Sequence record: NC_031127.1 | Direction: 5' to 3' (one strand) | DNA length: 64,000 nucleotides | In this document: positions 14,001-23,973 of the stretch, piece after piece | Layout of the letters: every line of letters starts with the position of its first letter | How positions within the stretch are numbered: the first letter of the stretch is position 1 | The notes under the pieces: model-generated | Told to the model about the DNA's origin: nothing | What the model saw: only the letters and a program-made list of their open reading frames with translations | Databases searched by the model: none | Program-made: the position numbers and the translations under genes

Positions 14001-16313
14001 GTGGAATATAACGAACCCTTTCGGCTGTCAAAAGACGAGTACAATCGTGACATTGATGTCATTGATGCGTACTTCGAACAAATGACGCTGTACATCTGGC
14101 ACCAAACCGATCACAAGTACAGCAAAGAATTTATCCGTGCACAACTCGATGAGATGTTTGCGGAAGATGGCGAACTGGCTCACACTTACCCGAGTTGTAA
14201 GCTGTGGGTGCGCGACCAGCAAACGGGTGACCGTAAAGAGAAGTTCACCACCGTGGACAAGCTGCTGCGTGTGGTCATCGATAAGCAGATTATTTCTGCT
14301 CCGTCACTGACCTTCTATTTACCTGAGCATGTCAAGCGTTCGAAGCTCGCGGAATTCACCGCAGAGAACGTGCGTAAACGTGCGGTCATCAAAAACGAGA
14401 TGTACGAAGCGGCAGCAGCCGGTAACGACGTCTTAAAGACCAACAAGAAGAACGAACAGAACGCCGTTAAGACTCTGAACAACGGTATGTCCGGTGCGTT
14501 CTCTTCCCCGTATACTGTTATCTTCAACCAGTCGTCACACTCCGTACTGACCTCCACCTGCCGAACAGCGACGTCGTTTGGTAACGCAGGTAACGAGCGT
14601 CTGTTGGGTGGTAACCGACATTACGATACGCCAGCGCGTGTCATTGAGCACTTCCTCAGCATCGGTACCCTTACCGACTTTGCAGAATTCAAACGCTGTG
14701 TTGAGAAGTACAACCTGCATATCCCAACCGTCCAAGAAACCATGGACGTCATCAACTACTCTGCTAACCTGTACTGGCGTTCTGCCGTTGGGTCAGAGAA
14801 AGTTGAACACTACGTGTCCCGCGTCAGTGAACTCGAACGTGCGGCCTTCGTCTACATGGGTGACTTCTTCCATCTGGCGAAGTACAACGACAAGTTCATG
14901 CGTGGTTTCATCGGTGCACTGATCTCCGAAGAAGAGTTCGGCGATTGCGCCCATTGGACAGACGCTGATTGGTCAGCTGCTGAGAAAACCATCGACGGCG
15001 ATATGAAGATTGTGATTGCTCAGTTCCGTACCGATGTGGTACCGCTGGGTAAATCATTTGGGGATGTGAAGCTCAAAGATGAAGAAACGGAGAAAGCCTT
15101 ACCGTGGAGTGAACAGGCCAAGTATAAAGAACTGATTAGCACCGCGATGTACTTGCAGCGCACTATCGGTGAATACGCTTGTCTGATTCGCAACGTCCTG
15201 ACCACCAAAAACCTGCCAATCAACATTGCCCGTATGCCGGACATGATTCGTCGTGTGGGTGTGGTATCCGATACGGACTCCACCATGATGACCGCGCAGT
15301 GGTGGGCACAGTGGTATACCGGTCAGCATTACGGTCGTGAAGCCACCCGTGTGTCAGATGCAATGATTTACATTGCGACTCAGCACCTGCGTCACCTCAT
15401 GGCCAGTATGTCAGCGAACATCGGTGTGGCGAAAGAACGCCTGTTCCTGTACGCGATGAAGAACGAGTATAAGTTTGACTCGTTTGCACTGACCACGAAA
15501 GCGAAACACTACTTCTCCATTATTACCGGACAGGAAGGTCAGCTCAAGAAAGACCCAGAGTTGGAAGTAAAAGGTGTATCTCTGCGTACATCGAACATTC
15601 CACCGGTTATCATGAAGGAATTCAAGAAAACGATTCGTGAGCTGTGCATGATTGTTGCACGCGGCGACCGCATCGAAATCGTTCCACTGCTGGAGAAAGT
15701 GGCGGCTATCGAGCACAACGTTGTAGACTCACTGCGTGCCGGTAATGCTGGGTACCTGAAAACGACCAACATCAAATCCCGTGATGCTTATCAGGGCGAT
15801 GAGAAATCGTATCACTACCACCGCATGTACAACGCTATCTTTGGGCCGAAATATGGGTATCTGGAAGAACCACCGTATGATGCGGTGAAGCTGCCGGTGA
15901 ACCTCGGGTCTAAAACCGCCATGAAAGATTGGATTGAGTCTATCGAAGACCCAGTCATCCGTAATGGTGCGAAGCAGTGGTTTGAAGACACCAATGGCCG
16001 CACTTACGCAACCTTAATCCTGCCGGAATATCTGGTAGAGAACCACGGTATCCCACCGGAGCTGATTGCCGCGGCAGACTTACGCCGTACTGCGTTTGCC
16101 ACGGTAGAACCGTATTACCACGTTCTTGAGTGCTTGGGCGTCTTCATGATTGATAAGAAGCGCACACGTCTGCTGTCAGACTACTACGGTGAAACACTGG
16201 ATGCCGAAGAAGTGTTGCCAGAACTGAAAGATGTGAAGTACATCAAGAAATCTGAACGTGATGCGGAAGAAAGCGAGGAAGAAGAAGATGGTGAAGAAGA
16301 TGCAGCTGAATAA
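14001..16313 (+). CDS. split family-B DNA polymerase, subunit carrying motifs B and C (phiKZ gp50-like)
   Basis: KTLNNGMSG (motif B), VSDTDS (motif C), TTKAKHY; GTG start with AGGAG; acidic tail. Confidence 0.88.
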   Translation: MEYNEPFRLSKDEYNRDIDVIDAYFEQMTLYIWHQTDHKYSKEFIRAQLDEMFAEDGELAHTYPSCKLWVRDQQTGDRKEKFTTVDKLLRVVIDKQIISAPSLTFYLPEHVKRSKLAEFTAENVRKRAVIKNEMYEAAAAGNDVLKTNKKNEQNAVKTLNNGMSGAFSSPYTVIFNQSSHSVLTSTCRTATSFGNAGNERLLGGNRHYDTPARVIEHFLSIGTLTDFAEFKRCVEKYNLHIPTVQETMDVINYSANLYWRSAVGSEKVEHYVSRVSELERAAFVYMGDFFHLAKYNDKFMRGFIGALISEEEFGDCAHWTDADWSAAEKTIDGDMKIVIAQFRTDVVPLGKSFGDVKLKDEETEKALPWSEQAKYKELISTAMYLQRTIGEYACLIRNVLTTKNLPINIARMPDMIRRVGVVSDTDSTMMTAQWWAQWYTGQHYGREATRVSDAMIYIATQHLRHLMASMSANIGVAKERLFLYAMKNEYKFDSFALTTKAKHYFSIITGQEGQLKKDPELEVKGVSLRTSNIPPVIMKEFKKTIRELCMIVARGDRIEIVPLLEKVAAIEHNVVDSLRAGNAGYLKTTNIKSRDAYQGDEKSYHYHRMYNAIFGPKYGYLEEPPYDAVKLPVNLGSKTAMKDWIESIEDPVIRNGAKQWFEDTNGRTYATLILPEYLVENHGIPPELIAAADLRRTAFATVEPYYHVLECLGVFMIDKKRTRLLSDYYGETLDAEEVLPELKDVKYIKKSERDAEESEEEEDGEEDAAE

Positions 16314-16617
16314 AATTACAGCCCGCTTTATTTCTAACCAACCGTATAAAACCATTAACAACATTATCATACCCCCCAACCAAACCATTGGGCCGGTACC
16401 GGCGGGTTCGACGGCGTCCTACCCTAAGCAGGAAGTAGCCCCTCTCGTTCTTTGGGAGGGTAAGGCTTCTGACATTGACCCGCAGCATGAGCAGGTGGAT
16501 TTTATTCTGCGGACGTGGGTAGGGGTGTGTTTGCAAGAAAAAAGCATCGAACAGGTGCAGGCTGAGGAAGACGCTTATCGTGCACGATACCCTAAGCGGT
16601 TTCCTCCCAGACATTAA
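16300..16617 (+). CDS. hypothetical protein
   Basis: Start reassigned to ATG 16300 (MQLNKIT), overlapping the polymerase stop. Confidence 0.65.
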   Translation: MQLNKITARFISNQPYKTINNIIIPPNQTIGPVPAGSTASYPKQEVAPLVLWEGKASDIDPQHEQVDFILRTWVGVCLQEKSIEQVQAEEDAYRARYPKRFPPRH

Positions 16618-16622
16618 GGTGG

Positions 16623-16805
16623 TTGGTCGTGTACCATGACATCAAATCGTCAAACGAGCGTATCGCTGAGATACGCCGGGAGTACACCGAAAAGGGGTAC
16701 GAAAACATCACGGTCTGGCGAGCAGGGGAGCGGATACACATTCAGGCATACGACCCGAAGCGGAAACGCGACATTAACTGCTACGCCATTCCCAATCCAT
16801 TGTAG
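16623..16805 (+). CDS. small hypothetical protein
   Basis: 60 aa, TTG start, fills the gap in the operon. Confidence 0.5.
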   Translation: MVVYHDIKSSNERIAEIRREYTEKGYENITVWRAGERIHIQAYDPKRKRDINCYAIPNPL

Positions 16806-16813
16806 GGATTCCC

Positions 16814-17398
16814 ATGGAACAGATATTGTTGGAAAGGTTTAAACAGTTCTGCCGCAATGAACGCCTAAAAAGGATGCGGGAGAATCTCCGTGCAAGCATC
16901 TTAAAGATGGTAAATGATACAAACGAAAAGTCTGGGTATAACGAAGCCCTTCATCGTGAACTCGATGACGACAAACTGATCCCACACTTTCGGATGCCGC
17001 AGGCGAATAAGATTTATCAGCCCGGTGGTAAAGGCTCCACGTTGGTTGTGGAGATGAACCCGAACTGTACGCTCGCCAAACGTCTGCTGAAAGAAGCCCA
17101 GTACCGTTACTTCGCTGTCTGGGATTTCGAAGAGATTGAGATGGACTACGGTTTAGCCGGGCACTGCCGTGTGACCGCATTGGCGGGGTTCCTCAATCGT
17201 TTTCCGGGTTTGAAGGGTAAAGTGTCTGTGGGTGAAGACACCCGTGGTCCAACATTGAATGCACCGAACGATGTGGTTGAGTTGGACTTCGTGGTGATTG
17301 CCCCCGATGGCAAGTATCATCTCCAGCGTTTTACCAACGACAACGTAGGGCATGTGTGTGCGCAATTGCACATCAGCTACTACCAGTCAAAAAAATAA
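16814..17398 (+). CDS. hypothetical protein
   Basis: 194 aa, AGGGA SD. Confidence 0.75.
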   Translation: MEQILLERFKQFCRNERLKRMRENLRASILKMVNDTNEKSGYNEALHRELDDDKLIPHFRMPQANKIYQPGGKGSTLVVEMNPNCTLAKRLLKEAQYRYFAVWDFEEIEMDYGLAGHCRVTALAGFLNRFPGLKGKVSVGEDTRGPTLNAPNDVVELDFVVIAPDGKYHLQRFTNDNVGHVCAQLHISYYQSKK

Positions 17399-17432
17399 AA
17401 TGAGGTAATTGCACCCTTTCGAGTGCAATTAC
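17390..17432. terminator. terminator between convergent genes (main polarity minus)
   Basis: GTAATTGCAC/GTGCAATTAC 10-bp stem with an A tract on the left. Confidence 0.65.
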
Positions 17433-17488
17433 AAGTTATTCCCTATTATATGTAAACCGGAATGGTTTACGGGGGAGGGAGTAAATTC

Positions 17489-18553
17489 TCATTTTTCAGC
17501 ATGGTCTAACAAGGGCTGAATCAGGGTTTGCCGGAAGTGGTTATAGACCGCCTTTGGCAACTTGTTTAAGACCTTGGTATCTGAGTAGCGACCGATCTCA
17601 TACGAGACGTCCTTCAGGTACGCATCCATGTGACCTTTGTTGTACTGGAGACAGTGCAGCATCCAATGCCAGTTGACCAACGTCAGATGCCACGAGCCCT
17701 GGAATGTTAATCCGGGGTCACGGTGAACGATGCGGTCAATCGCACTCCGGTCTCCATCTAATGGAAACTGGAATGGCTGGATGACGTGTGCCAATACGAC
17801 CCCCGGTATTGGATTCCCCGTCAATAGCGACTGACGTGTCTGGGTGGCGTTGCGGATAGCAATATCGCGCAACGGCGGAACCGGAATCGTTCGCAAAGGT
17901 TGATCCGTCTCTATATCTTGACCTGTCGCGACAAAGCGATGGATGTTAAGTAAAGAGATATCCATATAGCTCGGTAGCATACGGCTGATAACGTGTCGCC
18001 AGATATACGTCGGGCTGGTCACTACTTCGTTGGAACGGTTGTAATAGGCAAATGCTTTAACGTGTTGCCACAGCAGCTCTACGAGATTGATCTCGATAAT
18101 ACTCACCCCACGCGGCTTGCCATTCCCGAGTTGCCAGTTTAGATTGGTGTACTCGTGATACAGGTAGCGGGCCGGTGCGTATTCGCGAAAGGATAACTCA
18201 GGATCGATTGGGCGGGCCACGAGCGAGATGATCTCATCTTGGCCTTCGATGAACATACCGTTGAAGACTTTTCCGTATTCACCCATCGAGGTTAAGCGCT
18301 CGGCGTTGCCGATGCCAATCAACCGTCGACGACATGCCCACTCTACGGTTTCGTAGTCGGGGTCTGTTGAGTAACCGATGGCTGAGATTAACTTCGCGAT
18401 GAGGTGGCCGGATTCTACACGGGTCTGTACCGAGTCAAAGTAGTTGCGAATACGTTGGTGGTTATTTTTTACAAGAGCTGCCAATTGTATAGCGGTAGGG
18501 TCGACGTTATGCCCTTTGATTTCCACTTGCTTTAATTCGGCTTGACTGAACAT
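17489..18553 (-). CDS. conserved protein divergent from chimallin (phiKZ gp53-like)
   Basis: AGGAG SD before ATG (MFSQAELK); position is the conserved chimallin neighbour. Confidence 0.7.
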   Translation of the reverse strand: MFSQAELKQVEIKGHNVDPTAIQLAALVKNNHQRIRNYFDSVQTRVESGHLIAKLISAIGYSTDPDYETVEWACRRRLIGIGNAERLTSMGEYGKVFNGMFIEGQDEIISLVARPIDPELSFREYAPARYLYHEYTNLNWQLGNGKPRGVSIIEINLVELLWQHVKAFAYYNRSNEVVTSPTYIWRHVISRMLPSYMDISLLNIHRFVATGQDIETDQPLRTIPVPPLRDIAIRNATQTRQSLLTGNPIPGVVLAHVIQPFQFPLDGDRSAIDRIVHRDPGLTFQGSWHLTLVNWHWMLHCLQYNKGHMDAYLKDVSYEIGRYSDTKVLNKLPKAVYNHFRQTLIQPLLDHAEK

Positions 18554-18599
18554 GATTCTCTCCTGTGTTACCACATAGGAACTAGGTCGTAGTCAAAGA

Positions 18600-18717
18600 A
18601 ATTACAGATGTATATTATCATTGTGACGGTTCCGGTTATTCTTTCTGTTATGTGTTATTCATTAGGCGACGGCTTAACTGTATCCCACAAATTTACAGAT
18701 TGATATTATCACTGTGA
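18600..18717 (+). promoter_or_regulatory. tandem early-type promoters for chimallin
   Basis: TTACAGATGTATATTATCATTGTGA (ends 18626) and TTACAGATTGATATTATCACTGTGA (ends 18717). Confidence 0.7.
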
Positions 18718-18756
18718 ACTTACTCGTACTAATTATCTTTCAAGGATTATATAACC

Positions 18757-20568
18757 ATGGTTAAATATGTTGGCGAAAATAACACTCACGTTGAAGCTCA
18801 AGCTGCTGCTGCGGAGTCTGTAAACGTAACTCAGAACACCACCAAAGCTGCACCGGCTGCTGACTACAGCACTGGTAACCACGTCGATTCTTTCGACCAA
18901 GCGTTTGACTGGTCTTCTTCTTCTTCTAGCGCAAACGACTTCGTGCGTCTGCTGAAAGAAGCCGCTGAGAAAAACGAATACCTGTCCCGTTTCCGTTACG
19001 GTCTGGTAAAAGGCATCTCTGCCGAAATGGGTTCTGCCGCATACGTTGCTGGCGAACTGAACGGCGCATGGCTGTACGGTCTGGTCTTCTTCGAGAAGGG
19101 CCAGTCTATCCGTATCTACGAAACCACCAACCGTCAGGAAGATTACTTCACCCTGTCTAGCCTCATCAATAAAGATGTGCTGGCGAAGGTGTCTGAGTCT
19201 ATCCGTGAAGACCACGGTATCGATAACGTCCACTACATGATCACCAACTGTGTGCCTGACTTCTCCGGCAACGTGGTTGACATCAACTGGGCGAAGTCTC
19301 TGATGGGCCAGCTGCTGCTGGGCGTGTTCGGTCGTGCGGTAGGTTACTTGGGTACCATCGTGCTGAAGAAAACCGATCGCTTCGTAGCGAACGTTGCAAC
19401 TCCGGAAACGGGCGTAGCAACCGACGTCAACGGTCACCCGAACCGTGCGGACATCGCTGTGTACGTTGAGCATACGCCGACCAATCAGGAAAGCGATACT
19501 CCAACGCTGCTGAGCGATAGCATCCCAACTGCGTACCCACCGGTTCGTAGCTGCGGTTATCCGAACCTGCGCTTCACCGGCCTGAAAAAGGCAGTGGACG
19601 GCGTACAGGATCTGAAACAGCTGCAAGGTGAAGTTGTTGTGTCACTGATTGACTCTCAGGCGAAAGGCTCTAAGGCCCCGCTGGAGCGTCAGTTCATCGC
19701 ATTCGGCGCGTTCGCGGATATCGCACAGAACGGCGGCTGGCGTGACCTGTACATCAACACCCTGAACAAACAGGATCGTAAGTTCTCCGCACTGGCTTCT
19801 CATCTGAGCTGGGGTGCAGAGCAGGCTCCTGACCTGGGTAAACTGGATAGCTCTCGTGAGCTGGTTGACCGCGCACTGCGTGTGTTCGCACCAAGCTCTG
19901 CTGCGCTGGTAGTCCGTCATCGTGCGGGTAACGGTGTGGGTGGTCTGTCCAACATGTTCGCTGAGATTGCTCTGCGTAACACCAACACCCTGGGTCAGCT
20001 GCTGAACGTTCTGAACAGCATGTTTGGCGATGTTGATGGTGTGAACTTCACTACCTACCTCGGTCAGCAACTGGGTGTATCTACCATCACCTGTGCACAT
20101 ATCGTTGCAGCCGCAGTGCCGACTCTGGATGGCGTGTACACGTCTACCGCAGCGCATCGCTCACTGCAAGATATGGACCTGACCTCTGTTGCTACCCACC
20201 TGGGTGACAAACAGCAGGAAATGTACCGTTACATGCACGCCCAGTCTTACGCTAACCGTGAGCTGGAAGGTCATGCTCAGCGCATCTACCTGGCTAAGCT
20301 GGCTTCTGCAATGTACGGTAACCGTTCACTGCGCTTCACTGGCGAATCTCTGGATATGGCAATCCATCCGGTGTTCGCACGTTGCGTACTGGATAAGCTG
20401 CGCCAGAAAGCAAGCTTCCAGGTGAACGGCGTCAACGCCAACAACGAGCTGGACAACTCCCTGTTCTACAACCAGGGTGGTGAAACGTTCGTGCTGTCAG
20501 GTAACGGCCAGACTGGTGGTATCGACACATTCGGTCTGGGTGTAACCCTTACCGACTACAAACTGTAA
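18757..20568 (+). CDS. chmA: chimallin (phage nuclear shell protein)
   Basis: 603 aa; extreme high-expression codon bias; double early promoter; immediately upstream of nvRNAP beta'-N, the conserved chimallin locus. Assignment rests mainly on synteny and size. Confidence 0.78.
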   Translation: MVKYVGENNTHVEAQAAAAESVNVTQNTTKAAPAADYSTGNHVDSFDQAFDWSSSSSSANDFVRLLKEAAEKNEYLSRFRYGLVKGISAEMGSAAYVAGELNGAWLYGLVFFEKGQSIRIYETTNRQEDYFTLSSLINKDVLAKVSESIREDHGIDNVHYMITNCVPDFSGNVVDINWAKSLMGQLLLGVFGRAVGYLGTIVLKKTDRFVANVATPETGVATDVNGHPNRADIAVYVEHTPTNQESDTPTLLSDSIPTAYPPVRSCGYPNLRFTGLKKAVDGVQDLKQLQGEVVVSLIDSQAKGSKAPLERQFIAFGAFADIAQNGGWRDLYINTLNKQDRKFSALASHLSWGAEQAPDLGKLDSSRELVDRALRVFAPSSAALVVRHRAGNGVGGLSNMFAEIALRNTNTLGQLLNVLNSMFGDVDGVNFTTYLGQQLGVSTITCAHIVAAAVPTLDGVYTSTAAHRSLQDMDLTSVATHLGDKQQEMYRYMHAQSYANRELEGHAQRIYLAKLASAMYGNRSLRFTGESLDMAIHPVFARCVLDKLRQKASFQVNGVNANNELDNSLFYNQGGETFVLSGNGQTGGIDTFGLGVTLTDYKL

Positions 20569-20586
20569 TCCGTTTGTAGTGTAGTC

Positions 20587-20628
20587 GGGGTGGGAGCAAA
20601 TGCTCCCACCCTACCACCATCTTTTTTT
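20587..20628 (+). terminator. intrinsic terminator after chimallin
   Basis: GGGTGGGAGC/GCTCCCACCC stem + T run. Confidence 0.7.
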
Positions 20629-20641
20629 GGTTGAGGTAAAA

Positions 20642-22234
20642 ATGCAGGCACCAAAGTTTTATGGAATCTCAGGACGATTAGAGGCACAGGATCATTATCT
20701 GCGTGACCTCCTTATCGAGGCCGGAGCGAAACAAATTAAACCTCCGACCATCATCAATGACTTGGCCATTGGTGGTGACCCCATCAAAGTGGCTGAGCAG
20801 ATTGACCTGCTGGTGCAAAACCGCATTATTGATGAACAGCTCAACTCTGCGCCAATTTGTAGCATCACTTGCGATAACCCGATCGCCCACCGTTACAATC
20901 TCGGTAAGCAATGTCCATGTTGTGGATATCGTGTCACCGAAAACCGTATTGAATCAGACGTGTGGTTGCGTGCGCCAGATGAGATTGAGTATTTCATCAA
21001 CCCGCGCTTCTGGGCGATGTTCAATGCGTTCTTTAATAACAACAAGAAACCGCGCAAGTTTGATCGGACAAAAGTTGCCATCGGTAACGGATCTGATCTG
21101 ATGATGTGGTTCCTTGACCCGTATTACCGTGCCGATGAGCCAGACTCAAAACGTGCGGCTGTTGTGAAGCGAATCATGGAAGAACATGGTGTCCGTCGTG
21201 GGATTCATTATTTCACCGGCCACTACAAACAAATCTTTGATATACTTACCCGGCCTGACAACTGGCGTGAGATTTATCCACCGCAACGCAACAATGCGAG
21301 TGAAAGCGAAATCCTGCGTACCCAATGGGTAGAGCTGATCGAAACCCAAGGTAAGGCTATACTCACCAAACATCTGCCGATTATTTCGTCGAAGATGATT
21401 GTGTCCGAGGAAGGTCGCCGTGGTGTGGTGATTGACCCTATCTTCACCGCTGCCATTGACTCGGTGAAAAACATTGCGCAGTTGTACACCCGTAAACGCA
21501 GTATGGAATCACGCTTTGTTATCAGTAAGGCACTGAAAGCAAACCGTCAGTTGACGTATTTCCATATTGACTTCCGTCGTGAGACACTGGAACAAAAGCC
21601 GGGCCACTATCGTGCGAAAGTATCTTCAACGCATGTGTGTAACTCCGGTCGTGCAACAATCTCACCAATTGCCTCTCCGCATGATGCGTGGAAGTTGGTG
21701 GCACCATGGCGTTGGTCAGTTGGCTTGCTCAGCGTAGACATCGAGTCGAAACTGTTGCAGCGTGGCTTCTCCTCACGTCAGTGTGAACGTATTGTTGCAA
21801 AAGCAGCGATGCAGTATGATCCGTTGGTCGATGAAATCTTCAAAGAGCTGATTGCGGAGTCACCGGGTGGCATGGGTATCCTTGTCCTACCACTGCGTAA
21901 CCCAACGTTGGTTCAGCTGTCTGTACAGGCGCTGTGGATTGACCAAATCATCACGGATGTTGACCAGTGTTCGATTCGTATCTCTGACCGCGTCATTAAG
22001 ATGGCTAACGCCGACTTTGATGGTGACCAGCTCATGGTTTACCGTCCGACCGATCAAATCGAAATCGATCTGGCGATGGCGTTCCGTCCAGACAACGGGT
22101 TCATGTCGTCTACCAAAGTCAATGAGGTAGAAAGAGGCATGATTTTACATAGCGAACTTATCAGTATGCAGAACAGCTTCCTCTTAGAGGCCGAAGAGGA
22201 TGATGAAGTAGGTTTAGCACTCGAAGACTTATAA
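20642..22234 (+). CDS. non-virion RNA polymerase beta' N-terminal subunit (phiKZ gp55-like)
   Basis: Zn-binding C..C/CPCCG, SGRATISP, LRNPTL and catalytic NADFDGD; GAGGT SD before ATG 20642. Confidence 0.92.
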   Translation: MQAPKFYGISGRLEAQDHYLRDLLIEAGAKQIKPPTIINDLAIGGDPIKVAEQIDLLVQNRIIDEQLNSAPICSITCDNPIAHRYNLGKQCPCCGYRVTENRIESDVWLRAPDEIEYFINPRFWAMFNAFFNNNKKPRKFDRTKVAIGNGSDLMMWFLDPYYRADEPDSKRAAVVKRIMEEHGVRRGIHYFTGHYKQIFDILTRPDNWREIYPPQRNNASESEILRTQWVELIETQGKAILTKHLPIISSKMIVSEEGRRGVVIDPIFTAAIDSVKNIAQLYTRKRSMESRFVISKALKANRQLTYFHIDFRRETLEQKPGHYRAKVSSTHVCNSGRATISPIASPHDAWKLVAPWRWSVGLLSVDIESKLLQRGFSSRQCERIVAKAAMQYDPLVDEIFKELIAESPGGMGILVLPLRNPTLVQLSVQALWIDQIITDVDQCSIRISDRVIKMANADFDGDQLMVYRPTDQIEIDLAMAFRPDNGFMSSTKVNEVERGMILHSELISMQNSFLLEAEEDDEVGLALEDL

Positions 22235-22249
22235 CAGGAGCAAACGAGT

Positions 22250-22837
22250 ATGTCGATGTGGAAGAATCTCTCTACCGCGTTTACGAAACAAGAAACCGGT
22301 AGCGGCTTTCATGATTTCTTTGAAAGCAAATTTAACATCGACCTGATAGCCCCCGACATGCGTGATAGCGTGTTGGAGCATCGTCGTGAGTTAGCGAATA
22401 TGGAAATCTTCCGTAAGACCACTGCGGCCGTACGCAAACTGCGCCATTCCGATGGTACAGAATGCATCCGCCAGCTGGAAACTATTGGGGAATTCCAACA
22501 CGCCAATCCACTGCTGCAACCGTTCTTGGTCGCCATGCCTGAATACCGTAAACCGTATAACGAATTTATGGCATCAGGCTATGAGAAAGGTTTCTCCGAG
22601 CTGGATATCTTCCGTGGTAATGCGTATATGCACACGGACGATAACTATCGTGAGATGACCACTGACGTCTCTACCGAATACGATGAAGATCGTATCTGGC
22701 ATTGGGTAACCAATGAAGACCGTCAGTACCGTCCGGACGCTGTCGCGAAGGTCGAGTTAAATATCAACCGCGTGAGAATGCGAGACTTTGATTGGGAAGA
22801 TGCAGATCCTTGCTCCCAATTCAACGCCTCGATGTAA
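22250..22837 (+). CDS. conserved hypothetical protein
   Basis: 195 aa, AGGAG SD. Confidence 0.8.
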   Translation: MSMWKNLSTAFTKQETGSGFHDFFESKFNIDLIAPDMRDSVLEHRRELANMEIFRKTTAAVRKLRHSDGTECIRQLETIGEFQHANPLLQPFLVAMPEYRKPYNEFMASGYEKGFSELDIFRGNAYMHTDDNYREMTTDVSTEYDEDRIWHWVTNEDRQYRPDAVAKVELNINRVRMRDFDWEDADPCSQFNASM

Positions 22838-22841
22838 TAGA

Positions 22842-22876
22842 AGAAGAGAGGGAGATAAGCACCCTCTCTTTTTTTC
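22842..22876 (+). terminator. intrinsic terminator
   Basis: AGAGAGGG/CCCTCTCT stem + T tract. Confidence 0.65.
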
Positions 22877-22922
22877 TTCTGTCAGCGCCCAAATCCTATG
22901 TCAGTAACTGGGGAGATTAAAA

Positions 22923-23309
22923 ATGGTCGTTGCAGTCGGAACACTTTCTACGCGGGGTTGGGCAAAAACAACCGGCGATATGATCACGGAACTGATGAAC
23001 CACTATACCGAAGCCGGGTATAGCCAGTCAGTGATTTACCGTGGGAATATCAAATCATTCTCTTTCCGCTGTGCTGCGTTCGCGCAAGACCCTGAGGAAC
23101 TGGCATCCAAAGTCCAACAAGACTTGGTGTCCTTATACGGGGGTGTGTTCACAGCCGGAGTAGAGGTCGAGTGTACTTACGAGTACCTTAACGATTCAGA
23201 CATACGCTACCGTCTGATCATCAGCCTGCGGGTGTTACCAGCAGTGGGCGGTGATTGGGTTGACGCCATGCGTTATGTGAATGTAGATAAAGGAGCTTAC
23301 GGTGGTTGA
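22923..23309 (+). CDS. conserved hypothetical protein (possibly virion)
   Basis: 128 aa, GGGAG SD. Confidence 0.75.
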   Translation: MVVAVGTLSTRGWAKTTGDMITELMNHYTEAGYSQSVIYRGNIKSFSFRCAAFAQDPEELASKVQQDLVSLYGGVFTAGVEVECTYEYLNDSDIRYRLIISLRVLPAVGGDWVDAMRYVNVDKGAYGG

Positions 23310-23973
23310 CGAACCGATTAAGTTTGAAAACAACGCCATGTACGACCTGAACAAGATGGGGCCACAGGAAGTCTTCGAGTTTAACCGCGCGATGGATATC
23401 GAAGCGGAGATTCGTGATAACCTCGACCCGTACGCTCGCTTTACCGAGAGCATGTTCCGTCGTCAGGCATTGCCAATTCTCAGCGGTCTGCTGGATGGGT
23501 CATTTGATGACAATGCGTACATCAACTGCATTGGTTCTGCGATGGTACCGTTACAGGTAGTGCAGGACGAAGATCCGACCAAACTGATGTTCACCATTCC
23601 ACCGTTGTTCTTTACCGGACAATCGTTGCTGCATGTGGAAGGACAACAGTCCCTGACCGATGAAGCGCTGGAGATTTCGTCGCGTGCGGAAATTCTGCCG
23701 ATTCTGGGGCCACGCGCCAAACACGATCTCATTGTCAATACGCTGGACGGTATTGAGATGGCGTCGTACGAAACCAATCGTCGTCGCGCTAAGCAAACGA
23801 TTGATCTGCTGAACTGGGTGTTCAAGCGTTATAAGCTGAATGGCCAGATTGCGTATCCTGCGGGCATGGAAGATTTGATCCAAGCCGACGGTAAAGCTGC
23901 TGCACCTGCGGCGGTTGTACAACGCCAGCCGATTATCTCAGACGATGGTATTGAAGATGGTGAAGACCTCTAA
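23302..23973 (+). CDS. conserved hypothetical protein
   Basis: 223 aa, AAGGAG SD, GTG start. Confidence 0.8.
   Translation: MVDEPIKFENNAMYDLNKMGPQEVFEFNRAMDIEAEIRDNLDPYARFTESMFRRQALPILSGLLDGSFDDNAYINCIGSAMVPLQVVQDEDPTKLMFTIPPLFFTGQSLLHVEGQQSLTDEALEISSRAEILPILGPRAKHDLIVNTLDGIEMASYETNRRRAKQTIDLLNWVFKRYKLNGQIAYPAGMEDLIQADGKAAAPAAVVQRQPIISDDGIEDGEDL

Noticed and set aside
18733-19626. 297-aa minus-strand ORF over chimallin (likewise 19642-20157)
   Set aside because: Antisense shadow of a strongly codon-biased gene; no SD and no protein-like motifs
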